Source of the DNA: an uncultured Clostridia bacterium
GTDB taxonomy: Bacteria > Bacillota > Sulfobacillia > SLMV01
Assembly: GCA_964599275.1 (NCBI GenBank)
Contig: CAZRFK010000001.1
Location: forward strand, 38,277 to 96,959
Direction: 5' to 3'
Length of the DNA: 58,683 nt
The notes beneath the pieces were generated by a model that did no database searches, was not told the DNA's origin, and saw nothing but the letters and a program-made list of their open reading frames with translations. The translations under genes were made by a program, and so were the position numbers. Below are positions 57,446 to 58,683 of the stretch, piece by piece; the first letter of the stretch is position 1, and each line of letters begins with the position of its first letter.

Positions 57446-58294
57446 TTATCTGTTGCAATGCTCATCGACCAGGTCCTGATAGGCCTGATATACCTGCCGG
57501 TAAACCGGTCCAGGCTTTCCATCTCCCACGTTTTGACCATCCACTTTAACCACTGGTACGATCTCTGTTACCGTACCTCCTATAAAAATCTCGTCCGCTC
57601 CTATGAATTGCTGAACGGGCACAGCCTGCTCCCTTAATGGCCAATCGTTTTCCTCAGCCAAACGAAGAATACAAAGCCGGGTTATGCTTGGCAGAATATT
57701 GGCCAGTGGATGAGTATACATCACTCCATCTCTGACGCAGAATGCGGTTCTTGCAGTTGCTTCCGTAACAAAACCATCACGAACAAAAAGAGCTTCAAAG
57801 GCCCCCTGTCGTTCAGCTCTTGTACGGGCTATGCAATTGGGAAGCAAGCCCACAGTTTTAATGTGACAAAGACCCCACCTGTTGTCCGGTTGAGTAATGA
57901 CCGAAACTCCATTGTTGATGATATCTTCGCTGGGACCTGATGCACCCCTGACAAACATGAAGGTGGTTGGTTCACTTTGTTGGGGCAGGGGATGAGATCT
58001 GGGGGCTACTCCACGCGTTATCTGTAAATAAATCATGGCCTCTTTCAATCTGTTGCTCTCAAGCAGTTGTTTGGAAATGTCTACAAAGTCGCTATAACTG
58101 TAAGGTATATCCATCTCCAGTTCTTCTGCACCTGAGTAAAGTCGTTCCAGGTGTTCCCGCATGCAGAACGTTCTGCCGTTGTAAACTCTGATTACCTCAT
58201 ACAATCCATCAGCAAAGTTAAACCCTCGATCTTCTGGAGATATACTGGCATCTTCATAAGGTACGAACTCTCCATTCAGAAAGACTTCCTGCAT
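57446..58294 (-). CDS. dat: D-amino-acid (D-alanine) aminotransferase, fold-type IV PLP enzyme
   Basis: The N-terminus EDRGFNFADGLYEVIRVYNGRTFCMREHLERL closely resembles Bacillus Dat. It is 282 aa. Confidence 0.8.
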   Translation of the reverse strand: MQEVFLNGEFVPYEDASISPEDRGFNFADGLYEVIRVYNGRTFCMREHLERLYSGAEELEMDIPYSYSDFVDISKQLLESNRLKEAMIYLQITRGVAPRSHPLPQQSEPTTFMFVRGASGPSEDIINNGVSVITQPDNRWGLCHIKTVGLLPNCIARTRAERQGAFEALFVRDGFVTEATARTAFCVRDGVMYTHPLANILPSITRLCILRLAEENDWPLREQAVPVQQFIGADEIFIGGTVTEIVPVVKVDGQNVGDGKPGPVYRQVYQAYQDLVDEHCNR

Positions 58295-58351
58295 TTAACT
58301 ACCTCCTTGCTCCGTTATCCAAAACATTTGGACTCACCTGTATCTGATAAC

Positions 58352-58359
58352 ATTATACA
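58352..58359 (-). promoter_or_regulatory. Extended -10 (TGTATAAT) of the putative dat promoter
   Basis: The minus strand reads TGTATAAT, about 55 nt upstream of the ATG at 58294. The -35 is weak. Confidence 0.45.
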
Positions 58360-58459
58360 GGAGTTCAATCTCACAAACACATCTTCCGTTGCAACCGTCG
58401 ACAATAAATTCTAGGGTTCACGAAAAGAATGATCACCAGGATGCTGAACTCCACTGAAG

Positions 58460-58683
58460 TCAGGTTCGAGGAGGTAAACGAACCCGGAAAGTAGAGCCTT
58501 CCCCTTTTGTGCTTTCAACTGAAATATTTCCATTGTACTCCTGTACCAGGCGCTGTACTATGGACAGGCCAAGCCCACTTCCGGTGATATTTGCTGTTTC
58601 GCTGCTTCGGATCCGATAAAATTCATCGAAAATGCTATTCAGCTCCTTTTCATCTATCCCTATCCCGGTATCGCTCACCTCTA
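58460..58683 (-). CDS. Histidine kinase, C-terminal HATPase_c fragment (5' part lies outside the window)
   Basis: SDTGIGIDEKELNSIFDEFYR, GSGLGLSIV and GEGSTFRVRLP are the G1/G2 boxes. The frame stays open to the window edge. Confidence 0.8.
   Translation of the reverse strand, partial: EVSDTGIGIDEKELNSIFDEFYRIRSSETANITGSGLGLSIVQRLVQEYNGNISVESTKGEGSTFRVRLPPRT

Noticed and set aside
1-58683. A whole-window scan for CRISPR arrays, IS elements or transposases, integrases, prophage blocks, restriction-modification, toxin-antitoxin or other defence modules.
   Set aside because: None was found. Every ORF longer than about 90 aa with coding character is accounted for by conserved housekeeping or sporulation genes, or by the few unknowns listed. 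The only repeat of 20 nt or more that I detected is the 55-nt pntB repeat.

Overview
This window is a core chromosomal segment of an endospore-forming Firmicute of roughly mid GC content. Almost all genes are on the minus strand. The order is collinear with the Bacillus subtilis comEC-holA / hrcA-grpE-dnaK-dnaJ / yqeZ-yqfA-D / phoH-ybeY-era-recO / glyQS / dnaG-sigA region. That block is joined to a spo0A-spoIVB block, a spoIIM block and a pntAA-pntAB-pntB transhydrogenase operon. I called about 55 CDSs, 3 tRNAs (Asn, CAU-type, Glu), one perfect CIRCE operator, several intrinsic terminators and a few promoter candidates. I see no CRISPR array, transposase, integrase, prophage, toxin-antitoxin or recognisable defence genes, and no convincing self-contained novel system. 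The leads I would follow are these. (1) An uncharacterised P-loop NTPase sits between two diverged leucine-dehydrogenase paralogues and a four-subunit 2-oxoacid:ferredoxin oxidoreductase, at the position where Bacillus has the bkd operon. (2) A tightly packed unknown-DUF3866-NudF-MgtE operon. (3) An exact 55-nt direct repeat with a 546-nt in-frame period restarts the PntB NADP-binding domain at the window edge. This is either a real domain duplication or an assembly artefact. (4) A roughly 290-nt glyQS leader in which I cannot find a canonical T-box. (5) A sensor-less histidine kinase lies close to spo0A. All functional calls come from motif recognition in the supplied translations, and no database search was run.
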